Assembly: GCA_944320495.1 (NCBI GenBank)
Contig: CALUHR010000013.1
Span: forward strand, 448,001-512,000
Source: Candidatus Methanomethylophilaceae archaeon
GTDB taxonomy: Archaea > Thermoplasmatota > Thermoplasmata > Methanomassiliicoccales > Methanomethylophilaceae
Length of the DNA stretch: 64,000 nucleotides
Direction: 5' to 3'
Shown here in pieces: positions 10,290 through 20,402 of the stretch. A program made the position numbers and the translations under genes. Each line of letters begins with the position of its first letter. The first letter of the stretch is position 1. The notes under the pieces are model-generated. The model worked only from the letters and a program-made list of their open reading frames with translations. It did no database searches and had not been told where the DNA came from.

Positions 10290-11159
10290 TCAGTCCGCGG
10301 ACGTCGGACGTGTAGAGTTCAGGAACGACTTGCACTTGGCGTAGAGGTCGACGGTGGGCTGCGTGCTCGCCCATCCCGGCTCGGCATCCTTGATCTCGAG
10401 GCGCATCCTCCTTTCCAGGACCTTCAGGTTCTCGTCGAAGTTCTCGTTCCCGATCCCGTTGTCCAGTCTGAGCAGGTACTTGTAATCCCCGAGGCTCAGC
10501 AGCCATCTCATGTACCCGTCCTGTCCCGGCTCTATCCCGAGCACCTCCATCATGTCGGGCGTAAGGTTCTCGGCGATGGCCTCGGCCTCCTTGTTGTTGG
10601 CCCTCATGAAGTCGTCGTAGTTCGTCGCCATCGCCGGGAACACGTACATGCACCTCGGATAGCGCTTCTCCATCTGGAAGTACTTCGGGCCGCCGGCGAT
10701 GTTGACGCCGACGCAGTCGTGGCACAGGTTGCCTTCGGAGTCGCAGAACATCGCGGACGGCTTGTAGCCCTTCGAGCGGCACCACTCGGGGATGTTCCAT
10801 TCGTAGTTGCCGCACGTCCCGAGGTAGAACCCTATGGCGTCGACATGGGGCTGCATCTCCTCGGTCATCGCCTCCACCTTGGCCCTAAGGTCGTCGGGGA
10901 CCGCATGGAGTCCCAGATTGAACATGAGCACGACGAGGTTGAACCGGTCAGAGGACGGTACGTACCTCCCTGCGAGGAAGTCCCCCTCCTCGATCAGCCT
11001 GTAGGGGATGGAGTGGCTCTCCAGCTTCCTGCACATGGACCCGATGTTCTCGTTCCTGATGATTGCCACGTCCTTCTCCTCGGGGTCGCTGCTGAGGCTG
11101 TAGATGAGATTGTCCTCCAGCATAGGGCATCCGATGATGCCCAGAACTCCAGATGTCAT
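10290..11159 (-). CDS. DUF1638-like protein
   Basis: IIGCPMLE, NLGLH, FYLGTCG and CHDCVG motifs typical of DUF1638; TGA stop. Confidence 0.75.
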   Translation of the reverse strand: MTSGVLGIIGCPMLEDNLIYSLSSDPEEKDVAIIRNENIGSMCRKLESHSIPYRLIEEGDFLAGRYVPSSDRFNLVVLMFNLGLHAVPDDLRAKVEAMTEEMQPHVDAIGFYLGTCGNYEWNIPEWCRSKGYKPSAMFCDSEGNLCHDCVGVNIAGGPKYFQMEKRYPRCMYVFPAMATNYDDFMRANNKEAEAIAENLTPDMMEVLGIEPGQDGYMRWLLSLGDYKYLLRLDNGIGNENFDENLKVLERRMRLEIKDAEPGWASTQPTVDLYAKCKSFLNSTRPTSAD

Positions 11160-11263
11160 GAGTATGACATATCGCAATCCGGCGTATATATTGGGAGGGG
11201 AAACGGATTATACCTGGGTCCGGCGGCATCGGGTTTAATACGCCGTCGGGTTTGAGGCGCCGC

Positions 11264-11677
11264 ATGGATACGCGCGTCCGGTATCTGGTTGTGCTCATCG
11301 CGTACGTGGCCATCGTGATAGTCGCTGGCACTGCGGTGACGATCAGGTTCACGGAGCTGGACGCCGTCGATTCGTTCTATTACGTGGTGCAGACCCTGTG
11401 GACGGTCGGCTACGGCGATGTCGTCCCGGCAGGACACGTCGGCAAGGTGATCACGCTCTGGCTGAACATCCTGGGGACGGTGGCCGTCCTCTCCGCGATC
11501 GGAATCGTCAGCGGCATCGTCCTGGACCGGTTCATGGACCGCCAGAGGAAGCTGGAGTCCGAGGCGTCGGAGCGCCGCAGGGAGATGCGCAGGGCCGTCC
11601 TGGCATGGGCCGACCGCAACGGCATAGACCGCTCCGAGATCGAGGGGGTGATTGGCGATGGTCCTAAGGAGCACCGA
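11264..11677 (+). CDS. two-TM potassium channel subunit (KcsA-like)
   Basis: TLWTVGYGDVVP selectivity filter between two TM helices. Ends at CGA 11675-11677 (standard stop at 12085 would overlap the next gene by about 430 nt). Confidence 0.85.
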
Positions 11678-12131
11678 TGCGGAGCTGCTGAGGTGGGTCC
11701 TCATCGTCGCCGTCGTCCTGGGCGCGTTCACCCTCATGTTCTCTCACGTGGAGGGGTGGGACCTCTTCGACTCGTTCTACTTCGTGCTCTGCACGTCCAC
11801 CACCTCCGGCTTCGGGGACGTCGTGGTCTCTCCGGAGAACAGGCTGCTGGCATCCGTCTTCATCATCGTGGCCGCCACCCTGGTCCTGTCCCTGGCCGCC
11901 AACGTGGGGCAGTGGATCATGGACTCGGTGGGCCGCAGGATGGCGGTAAGGAGGTTCAGGGGCGAGGTGGCGGATACGAAGCTCCGGCTGAGGGGCCTGG
12001 GTGCCGACACGTCGGACCTGGAGGCCGAGCTGGATCGCATCATGGAGGCCGGGAGCAGGGCCATGGGGGAGATGAGGGCCGATGAGCTCGATCTCGGTCC
12101 AGAGCTGGAGGGTCTCCGCAGGAGGCGCCGA
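11658..12131 (+). CDS. second two-TM potassium channel subunit
   Basis: STTSGFGDVV filter and GGGGTG RBS. Ends at CGA 12129-12131; under the standard code it reads through into the next gene. Confidence 0.82.
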
Positions 12132-12182
12132 CCGTCCCCATGGCTACGTTCACTTTATCACGGTCCCGCGCATCTCTCGTGC

Positions 12183-13139
12183 ATGTACCGCCACGCCGAC
12201 CTGGGGGAAGCCATAGCACGCTCGGTCAGGGAGTCCTCCGAGGGGCGCGATGTCGCCGTAGCATTCTCTGGCGGCCTGGATTCCGGACTCGTCGCAGGTC
12301 TTGCGGCGAGATATGCGAGGTCCGTGCATCTGTACACGTGCGGCACCGCCAACGCCTACGACGTGGTCGCCGCCGACGAGCTCTCGAAGAGGCTCGGCCT
12401 GCCGTGGACGCATGTGAGGCTCACCACCGGGAACATAGGTCCTCTGATCGTCGAACTGATGTCCGCCACTGGGGTGACCGATCCGTTCACCGTGTCCTAC
12501 GAGCTCCAGCTGTTCAGCGTCTGCAGGGAGTGCTCCGAGGACGTGGTCCTCACCGGGCAGGGTGCGGACGAGTACTTCATGGGATGCGCCAAGTACGTGG
12601 GGAGGACGGCGGAGGCCTACGACTCACTGGTGAGGGCGGGGAAGGACCGTCTCCGCGAGGTGTCGATTCCGTGCGAGCTCGCCATAGCATCCCACTTCTC
12701 GAAGGACCTGCGTTATCCGTACATGGATCCGGAGGTCGTCGAGCAGGCGGAGGCCCTGGACCCGGAGGAGCTCTTGCCGAGGGATATGGATTCGAGGAAG
12801 GCCGTGCTGAAGGACATCGCCCGCGGCCTGGGGTTCGACTGCCTTCTGGACAGGAGGAAGAAGTCCTCCCAGTACGGCTCCGGGACCACCGACCTCATAA
12901 GGGCGGTCGCCAGGGAGAGGGGCATGAGGTACAACGAGTACATCGATTCCCTGCGCGGTGCCGCAACGTCGGGTCTGCCGATGAGCGGACGCGGGTCCGT
13001 GGTGGACGCCAGGGTGGACTCGGTCCTCAAGGCGGAGGCGGAGAGGATCATCCGTGAGGGTGGGATGGACCCGTCGGCGGTCATCGAGGCGGTTTACCGC
13101 AGGATCGTCAGGGACGGGGACCTGAGGTCCGTCAGGTGA
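12183..13139 (+). CDS. asparagine-synthase C-terminal-domain (PP-loop ATPase) protein with a RelB/DinJ-like C-terminal extension
   Basis: AVAFSGGLDS, GQGADEYFMG and RYPYMD motifs; no glutaminase domain; own AT-rich element (CTTTATC) upstream; TGA stop. Confidence 0.8.
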   Translation: MYRHADLGEAIARSVRESSEGRDVAVAFSGGLDSGLVAGLAARYARSVHLYTCGTANAYDVVAADELSKRLGLPWTHVRLTTGNIGPLIVELMSATGVTDPFTVSYELQLFSVCRECSEDVVLTGQGADEYFMGCAKYVGRTAEAYDSLVRAGKDRLREVSIPCELAIASHFSKDLRYPYMDPEVVEQAEALDPEELLPRDMDSRKAVLKDIARGLGFDCLLDRRKKSSQYGSGTTDLIRAVARERGMRYNEYIDSLRGAATSGLPMSGRGSVVDARVDSVLKAEAERIIREGGMDPSAVIEAVYRRIVRDGDLRSVR

Positions 13140-13301
13140 ACGATAAGCCCTCGATCCAAAAGCAATCGAGGGGCCATCCAAACGCTCGCTCAGCAATCCA
13201 GAATATCTGAAGCCGGGTCTCGGGATCCGGACCGGCGTCCGGATGACGGCAACGCGCATAACCATTTTAGGCGGGGCCACCATCCGGAACCAGGTGCCAA
13301 C

Positions 13302-13874
13302 ATGGATGTCATCGGCGTTATCGCCATCATGCTGAACGGACTCTGGCTGTTCCTGCCCGCGATGCTGCCGAACTCGGCGGCCGTCGTGTTCGGCGGAGGC
13401 ACCAAGATAGACTTCGGCAAGTCCTGGAGGGGCAGGAGGATCTTCGGGGACGGGAAGTCCTGGAGGGGATTCTTCGGAGGCGCGTTCTCCGGGATCCTGT
13501 TCGGGCTGATCCTGATCGGGATCTCCGCCCTGTTCGGTTCGGAGGACTACTGGGGCTTCGGGGCGTTCTGGGGCAACGTGGGCGTTCTCGCCTGCCTGTC
13601 CTTCGGAGCGGTGCTCGGGGACCTCTGCGGGGCGTTCATCAAGAGGCGCCTCGGCATGGAGAGGGGCCAGAAGGCCCCGATCCTGGACCAGTATGACTTC
13701 GTCATAGGCGCGTTCCTCGTGACGGCGCTGTTCTTCCCCGACTGGGTCTACGCCAACTTCATCGAGGGCTGGCACATCGCGGCCCTGATCTTCATCATAG
13801 TCATCATGTTCGCCATCCACAGGCTGGTGAACATAATCGGTTACAGGATGGGCCTGAAGAAGGAACCCTGGTGA
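13302..13874 (+). CDS. carS: CDP-archaeol synthase
   Basis: PAMLPNSAAV, DFGKS, GDGKSWRG and GDLCGAFIKRRLG...PILDQYDF motifs. Confidence 0.93.
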   Translation: MDVIGVIAIMLNGLWLFLPAMLPNSAAVVFGGGTKIDFGKSWRGRRIFGDGKSWRGFFGGAFSGILFGLILIGISALFGSEDYWGFGAFWGNVGVLACLSFGAVLGDLCGAFIKRRLGMERGQKAPILDQYDFVIGAFLVTALFFPDWVYANFIEGWHIAALIFIIVIMFAIHRLVNIIGYRMGLKKEPW

Positions 13875-13879
13875 TTCAA

Positions 13880-14410
13880 ATGAGCGAGCTATCCGACGCA
13901 TTGAAGGAGTGCGGAGCGCTGCAGTTCGGCGAGTTCACCCTCGCCTCCGGCGCCAAGAGCGACTACTACATCAACATCAAGAAGGCCAGCACGGACCCGA
14001 AGGTCCTGGGCCTCATCGCCCGCCTGATGGCGGAGAAGGTCCGCGAGAACGGCATCGAGGCCGACAGGATCGCCGGCGTCGTGCTCGGGGCCGTGCCGCT
14101 GGAGGCCGCGCTGGCCCTGGAGACGGGCCTCCCGTTCGTCATGGTCCGCAAGGAGAAGAAGGACCACGGGACCGGGAAGCAGATCGAGGGCGACCTGAAC
14201 GAGGGCGAGAGCGTCCTGATGGTGGAGGACGTGGTCACCACCGCCGGGTCCTGCATCAAGGGCATCCACGTGCTCCGCGAGGCCGGTGCGGACGTGAAGT
14301 GGGTCCTCTCCGTCATAGATCGCGAGGCCGGAGGCGCCGAGGCCCTGGAGGCCGAGGGAGTGAGGTTCATCCCGCTCGTCAAGGGCTCCGAGCTCCTGGG
14401 TGAGAGATGA
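13880..14410 (+). CDS. pyrE: orotate phosphoribosyltransferase
   Basis: FTLASGAKSDYYINIK, VRKEKKDHGTG and VEDVVTTAGS PRPP-binding motif. Confidence 0.96.
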   Translation: MSELSDALKECGALQFGEFTLASGAKSDYYINIKKASTDPKVLGLIARLMAEKVRENGIEADRIAGVVLGAVPLEAALALETGLPFVMVRKEKKDHGTGKQIEGDLNEGESVLMVEDVVTTAGSCIKGIHVLREAGADVKWVLSVIDREAGGAEALEAEGVRFIPLVKGSELLGER

Positions 14411-15747
14411 GGCCCGATCCCGACTGCAGGCTCTGCGGGCTCTGCGAGGGCCGCACGCAGGTCGTCTACCCGGACGGGAACCCCGGCAACGGGATCATCT
14501 TCGTCGGGGAGGGGCCGGGCGAGAACGAGGACCTGAAGGGCAGGCCGTTCGTGGGCAAGTCGGGGAAGATCCTGGAGGACATGATGGCGGCCCACGGCTT
14601 CGGCCGCGCCGACGTCATGATCACCAACACCGTCAAGTGCAGGCCGCCTGGCAACAGGGACCCCCTCCCGGAGGAGATGGCCGCCTGCCGCCCGTTCCTG
14701 TTCTCCGAGCTGGAGGATGCCAGGCTGGTCGTCGGCCTGGGGAAGTCGGCCTGCAGGAACCTGATGGGGTACGAGGGGCCGATGTCCCAGATAGTCAACG
14801 TTCCCGTGACGATAGACATCAACGGCCGCGAGGTCCTGTTCATCCCCACGTACCATCCGGCGGCGACGATATACAACCGCAACTCGCGTGCCGCCCTGGA
14901 CGAGACCATGAGGGTGGTGTCCCAGTGGCTCGGGAGGCCGGAACGGCAGGAGCCGAAGACCATGAGGTTCGGCGGGTTGATGCTGGACATGGACGGGACC
15001 GTCTACAAGGGCGGCGTCCCGATCCCTGGGGCCAGGGAGCTCATATCGTTCCTGAGGGACCAGAGGGTGCCATTCGTCTTCCTGACGAACAACTCTTCCC
15101 ACCCGCGCTCGTTCTACGGCGACAAGCTCAGGCGCCTGGGCTTCGACGTCACCGACCGCGAGGTCCTGACTTCGACGATCGCGACCATAAGGTTCCTCCT
15201 CTCCCAGCGGATGGGCAGGACCGTGTACCCTGTGGCGGTGCCCGGGGTCGTCGACGAGCTCAGGGAGGCGGGCATCCCGCTGGTCGAGGAGGACCCGGAC
15301 ATCGTGCTGCTGACCTTCGACACGATGATCACCTACGAGAAGATCAACAGGGCGTACAGGTTCCTGAAGGGCGGGGCGGAGCTCATAGCCACGCACCCTG
15401 ACGACCTGTGCCCGACCGAGGACTCCTACGACATAGACATCGGACCGTTCATCAGGATGTTCGAGCAGATGTGCCAGACCACCGCGACGGTCATCGGGAA
15501 GCCGAACCGTCTGATGCTCGAGATGGCCGCCCGCGAGATGGGCGTCGACCCGGGCGAGTGCGTCATGGTCGGAGACCGCCTGTACACGGACATAGCGATG
15601 GCGCAGAACGCCGGCACGCAGTCGGTGCTGGTCCTCTCCGGCGAGACCGACGAGGGGATGCTGGAGGGCTCCGACATCCACCCGACGGCCGTGCTCGGGT
15701 CCGTCGCGGAGCTCCCAGAGCTCATACTCCAGTCATTCGACGATCGA
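14407..15747 (+). CDS. family-4 uracil-DNA glycosylase fused to a HAD-IIA (NagD-like) phosphatase
   Basis: CRLC, GEGPG, GRPFVG, KCRPPGNRDP and YHPAA motifs, then DMDGTVY, TNNS, GKPN and GDRLYTDI. Ends at CGA 15745-15747 (standard stop at 15813). Confidence 0.88.
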
Positions 15748-15945
15748 CGTCAGCCGGTCGCAGGGCATCCCACGGATCCCCGAGGACAGGTGGCCAGATG
15801 TTCCTGGCTTTAAACCCCCTTTAAATATTCGCACCCCTTATCCTTTTAGGTCGTGCGCGCGTCCGGGAAGAGAAGGGTTCCCGGCCGGAAACCGCACAGG
15901 CACGGCATGGGATGCAGGGACGCATGTCCTGGAGAGGTGTGACAG

Positions 15946-18900
15946 TTGCATTTGAAAGCGGTCGAGATGGAGAACTTCAAGTCGTTCGGCGGTAAGATCG
16001 CCGTTCCGCTCATGGACGGATACACGGCGGTCACGGGACCGAACGGCTCGGGCAAGTCCAACATCACCGACGCCATCCTCTTCGTCCTGGGACCCAAGAG
16101 CTCCAAGGCCGTCCGCGCCGGGAAGCTCACCGACCTGATATTCGACGGCGGGAAGTCCCGCGGGAAGGCCGGGTTCACCAAGGTCTCCCTCGTGTTCGAC
16201 AACACCGACCGCCTCATGCCGTGGGACGACGACGAGGTCCGCCTCACACGCTTCGTCAAGCTCTCGGACAACGGCACCGACTACAGCTCATACTTCTACG
16301 TCAACGACCGCAAGTCCACGATGTCCGAGTTCGACGCCCTCCTCACCAAGGCCAGGATATCCGCCGACGGGTACAACCTCGTGCAGCAGGGGGACGTCAC
16401 ACGCATCGTCCAGATGAGCAACATGGAGCGCCGCCGCATCATCGACGGCATCTCGGGCATATCGAGCTTCGATGCCGACATCGAGAAGGCGCGCACCGAG
16501 AGGGCGGAGGCCGAGACCAACCTGGACAGGATCGGCATCGTGATGGAGGAGCTCGCCGTCCAGATCCAGAGGCTGGACCACGACAGGCAGGACGCCCAGA
16601 GGTACCTGGATGCTCAGGCCGCCCTGGAGACCGCCAAGGCGCAGTACGCTCACCGCAGGCTGCAGATGGAGACCGCCAAGCAGGCCTCCGTCGCCGAGCA
16701 GATAGGCCGCCTGGAGGCGTCCATCTCATCGGACACGGACTCCAAGGCCGAGATGGAGAGGCAGCGTGACGAGAAGATCGCGGAGATCCAGGCGAAGGAG
16801 CAGGAGATCGCCTCGAGGATCGGACCCGAGTACACCGAGCTCAAGAAGAGGATCGAGGGTGCGAAGATCGACCTGGCCACCAAGAAGAACGTGGTCGAGA
16901 GCGCCCAGACGGACATGGAGGAGCAGGAGGAGTTCCGCCAGACCTTCGAGGAGTCCATGGCCGCCAACAACGAGCAGGCCAACATGCTCAGGCAGAAGTC
17001 CGTGGAGCTCGACGAGGCCATATCCAAGGCGGAGTCGGAGCTCCAGGCCGCATCCGCGGAGGAGGCGGAGGCCTCGGAGGCCATCGCCCAGACCGGAGGG
17101 GAGCAGAGGGAGCTCCAGGCCAGGCTCGACAGCCTCGACGCGGAGTTCTCGCAGCGCTCGGAATCGCTCAGGCAGGCGCAGGCGGAGCTGTCCAAGGCGG
17201 AGGCCGAGGCGGACGAGGCCCACACGGCCGTCGCCGACCTGGACGAGCGCATCCAGAGCATCGATTTCGAGATCAAGGACGCCAAGTGGAGCCTGGACCA
17301 GCTGAAGGCGGAGGCCGGGCCCAGCACCGAGGACTTCGGGCAGAGGATCCTGGAGGCCAAGAGGCGCGAGGCGGAGCTGGAGAGGCAGGAGTCCGAGCTG
17401 GACTCCGCGTACCGCAGGATTGACGGGGAGTACAACGCCCTGCAGGCCGAGAAGCGCGTCACCGAACGCATGGGCCGCGGAAGCGCGGCCGTGGAGGCCA
17501 TCCTCGCGCTGAGGAATCGCGGCGAGATGCGCGGCATCCACGGCACCATCCAGGAGCTCGCCACCGTCGACAAGGAGTACGAGACCGCGCTCTCCGTCGC
17601 GGCGGGCAGCAAGATGATGGCGGTCGTCGTGGACGACGACCAGGTCGCCGCGGACGCGATCGCCTTCCTGAAGAGGGAGAGGCTGGGCCGCGTGACGTTC
17701 CTGCCCCTCACCAAGATGATGGGTGGCAAGCCCAGGGCCAAGGCGATCATCTCGGAGAAGGACTCCGAGGGGTACGCGATCAACCTCATCGATTTCGACC
17801 CGAAGTACCAGAACGCCTTCTGGTACGTCCTCGGGGACACCCTCGTGGTGAGGGACATGGACGCGGCCAGGAGGATCATGGGCGGCGTCAGGATCGTGAC
17901 CAGGGCCGGGGAGCTCGTGGAGGCCTCCGGAGCCATGGTGGGAGGGACGCTGAGCCTCCAGAACATGCCGCGCTTCGGCGCCGCGTCGGAGGACAAGCTC
18001 GCCGCCACCGGCGAGAAGCTCAGGAAGGCGCAGGAGGCCCTGGCCGATGTGCGCGCGAAGCTCCGCCAGGTGCGCGAGGAGATCCGCGGCATAGACGACG
18101 AGATGCGCAAGGCGTCCTCGTCGGGCATGGAGCAAAGGGAGCTCATGGCCCAGACCAAGGGCCGCGTGGAGGAGCTGGAGCGCTCCAGGAAGGCCGCCGC
18201 CGAGCAGATGAGGGCCGCCCGCGAGAGGATGTCCGCCGCCGACACCGCGCTGGAGGCGGCCACCAAGGCGTTCTCCGAGGGATCCTCGGAGATGTCCCGC
18301 GTGTCGGAGGAGAGGGCCGCGGTCAAGGACCGTATGGCGAAGATCGCCCCGGCCGACCTCCAGGCGAGGATACAGGCGGTCCGCGACAGGATATACAGGC
18401 TGAAGGACAGGCTGTCCGACCTCAGGATGCAGCGCAACGGCGCCTCCACCGAGATCAACGGTCTCGCGAAGCAGAACGAGTCCCTGCAGGTCCAGTTGGA
18501 CTCCGTCCTCCGCGCGATCGAGCAGGACCGCACGGCCATAGCCGAGGGTACCGCGCAGATCGAGAGGTCCAGGCTGGACCTGGACGCCCTCCGCAGGATC
18601 GAGTCCGAGATGGAGAGCGGCATCGAGGGCCTCCGCAACGAGAAGGACGCCCTCAACGAGGCGCGCTACAAGCTGGACGCGGACATCCGCGAGAAGTCGA
18701 AGGACATCGAGAACTCCGTGTCCGCACTGTCCTCGTTCAGGGCGCAGGCCATCCAGGTGGCCGACGCGGTGGAGCAGTGCCGCGCGGAGGTCGCCGCCAT
18801 AACGGTGGAGGTCCCGGAGCCGATCCCCTCGGAGGAGGAGATCCGCAGGGCCATACGCACCCATGAGTCCACCATCGCCAAGATCGGGAACGTCAACCTG

Positions 18901-19530
18901 AGGGCGATCCAGGACTACGAGGAGCGCAAGAGCCGCCACGACGCCCTGGGCGCCGAGGTGGAGAGCCTCAACCGCCACATCAGGGAGCTCAACGACCTGA
19001 TGGACACGCTCACCTCCAAGAAGCGCGGGCTCTTCATGTCGTCCTACGAGGCGGTCAACGAGAACTTCAAGGCCATATACGCCCAGCTCTCCGGAGGAGG
19101 GGAGGCGTTCATGGGCCTGGAGAACGAGGACGACCCGTTCGCGGGCGGCCTCATGATAAACGCGAAGCCCAGGAACGGCAAGCTCCTGAGGCTGGAGGCG
19201 CTGTCCGGAGGGGAGAAGTCCCTCACGGCGCTCTCGTTCATCTTCGCGATCCAGGAGTACCAGCCCTCGCCCTTCTACGTGCTGGATGAGGTGGACATGT
19301 TCCTGGACTCCGTGAACGCGGAGATGGTCGCCAAGAGGGTGAAGGAGAGCTCCTCGAAGGCGCAGTTCATACAGGTGTCCCTGAGGAAGGTCACCCTGGC
19401 GCTCGCCGACCATCTGATCGGCGTCACCAGACCGCCCACGGGGATCAGCAGGATAATCATGCAGCCGGACCTGGCCGAGGTCTCCAAGTACGAGGAGGAG
19501 GCCGAGGCCAAGAGGAAGGAGGCGATGTGA
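15946..19530 (+). CDS. smc: chromosome segregation protein SMC
   Basis: ENFKSF, GPNGSGKSN Walker A, coiled coils, hinge, LSGGEKS signature and LDEVD Walker B; TTG start, TGA stop. Confidence 0.98.
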   Translation: MHLKAVEMENFKSFGGKIAVPLMDGYTAVTGPNGSGKSNITDAILFVLGPKSSKAVRAGKLTDLIFDGGKSRGKAGFTKVSLVFDNTDRLMPWDDDEVRLTRFVKLSDNGTDYSSYFYVNDRKSTMSEFDALLTKARISADGYNLVQQGDVTRIVQMSNMERRRIIDGISGISSFDADIEKARTERAEAETNLDRIGIVMEELAVQIQRLDHDRQDAQRYLDAQAALETAKAQYAHRRLQMETAKQASVAEQIGRLEASISSDTDSKAEMERQRDEKIAEIQAKEQEIASRIGPEYTELKKRIEGAKIDLATKKNVVESAQTDMEEQEEFRQTFEESMAANNEQANMLRQKSVELDEAISKAESELQAASAEEAEASEAIAQTGGEQRELQARLDSLDAEFSQRSESLRQAQAELSKAEAEADEAHTAVADLDERIQSIDFEIKDAKWSLDQLKAEAGPSTEDFGQRILEAKRREAELERQESELDSAYRRIDGEYNALQAEKRVTERMGRGSAAVEAILALRNRGEMRGIHGTIQELATVDKEYETALSVAAGSKMMAVVVDDDQVAADAIAFLKRERLGRVTFLPLTKMMGGKPRAKAIISEKDSEGYAINLIDFDPKYQNAFWYVLGDTLVVRDMDAARRIMGGVRIVTRAGELVEASGAMVGGTLSLQNMPRFGAASEDKLAATGEKLRKAQEALADVRAKLRQVREEIRGIDDEMRKASSSGMEQRELMAQTKGRVEELERSRKAAAEQMRAARERMSAADTALEAATKAFSEGSSEMSRVSEERAAVKDRMAKIAPADLQARIQAVRDRIYRLKDRLSDLRMQRNGASTEINGLAKQNESLQVQLDSVLRAIEQDRTAIAEGTAQIERSRLDLDALRRIESEMESGIEGLRNEKDALNEARYKLDADIREKSKDIENSVSALSSFRAQAIQVADAVEQCRAEVAAITVEVPEPIPSEEEIRRAIRTHESTIAKIGNVNLRAIQDYEERKSRHDALGAEVESLNRHIRELNDLMDTLTSKKRGLFMSSYEAVNENFKAIYAQLSGGGEAFMGLENEDDPFAGGLMINAKPRNGKLLRLEALSGGEKSLTALSFIFAIQEYQPSPFYVLDEVDMFLDSVNAEMVAKRVKESSSKAQFIQVSLRKVTLALADHLIGVTRPPTGISRIIMQPDLAEVSKYEEEAEAKRKEAM

Positions 19531-19531
19531 G

Positions 19532-20401
19532 ATGGATGGGAACACAAGGATGGAGGATCTGGAGCAGCATCTGCTGTTCCACAGGGCGCTCGCCGACGAC
19601 GACGAGTCGCTCAGGAGGATAGGGGGATACATGGACATCCTCTCCCGGGCGGAGTCCGGGGAGAGGCTCCAGGACCCCGTGGACGAGTCGATCAGGGCCG
19701 TCTTCAGCCTGGTGCTGGAGAAGGGCATCGACCCCTGGGAGGTGGACCTCTCGGAGTTCGCCCGCATGTACGAGGCCAAGGTCTCCAGGGACAGCTTCGA
19801 CATGATCGTCGCGGGCAAGCTGCTGCTCATGGCATGGAGAATCCTGCGCATGCAGTCGGAGTCCACTAGGGCCAGGAGCGAGCCGCCGGTCGAGCCCGTC
19901 ATCGAGGAGGCCGACGACAGCTTCTTCTTCGAGGACGAGCCGCTGTACGTGCCCGAGGTCAGCTTCAGGGAGGCCTTCAGGAGGCAGACCGAGAGGCCCG
20001 TCACCGTGTACGAGCTCATCGACGCCTTCGAGGACGCCCGCAGGGACATCGATATCCAGCGCGAGCGCGAGCGCGTCCGCCGCGAGCTCAAGGCCAAGGA
20101 GCCCAAGAGGTTCGACAACAAGGCCCACGACGAGGACGACGAGCGCGACGTCGAGGCCGTGTGGAAGCGGATCGAGAGGCTCGGCACCGGGCAGATCGCC
20201 ATCCGCGACCTCTACACAGCCGACCTCCAGGAGAACCTCACCACCTTCGTGGCGGTGCTCCACCTGGTCAGGGACGGCAGGCTGGCCGTCTGGCAGGACG
20301 AGCTGCCCTACGGCACCATCTATCTGGAGATCAAGACGGACTGGTCCTCAGGGACCCTCGAGGACTCGCCCGGCCAGCTGGTGACCGAGGCGGTGAACCG
20401 A
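19532..20401 (+). CDS. scpA: segregation/condensation protein A (kleisin)
   Basis: IDPWEVDL and RPVTVYELIDAF motifs, C-terminal FVAVLHL winged helix, directly after smc. Ends at CGA 20399-20401, 1 nt before scpB (standard stop at 20761). Confidence 0.9.
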
Positions 20402-20402
20402 T

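Noticed and set aside
11652-13139. Apparent K+ channel-asparagine synthase fusion (495 aa) in the ORF track
   Set aside because: An in-frame CGA at 12129 is followed by a promoter-like spacer and a fresh ATG at 12183. It is better explained as two genes.
14941-14964. CGG as an additional stop codon (it occurs in the UDG-HAD linker and shortly before the terminal CGA in nop5, the PHP gene and the AlbA_2 gene)
   Set aside because: CGG occurs internally in conserved regions: near 7167 in the corrinoid fusion, near 11528 in the channel, and several times in crp, hcp and the transposase-like gene. It behaves as Arg.
16726-20202. Very long antisense or alternate-frame ORFs (for example 16726-20202 -, 28564-31362 +, 6714-9002 -, 13966-15681 -)
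   Set aside because: These are shadow ORFs opposite well-supported genes in a GC-rich genome, with no family motifs.
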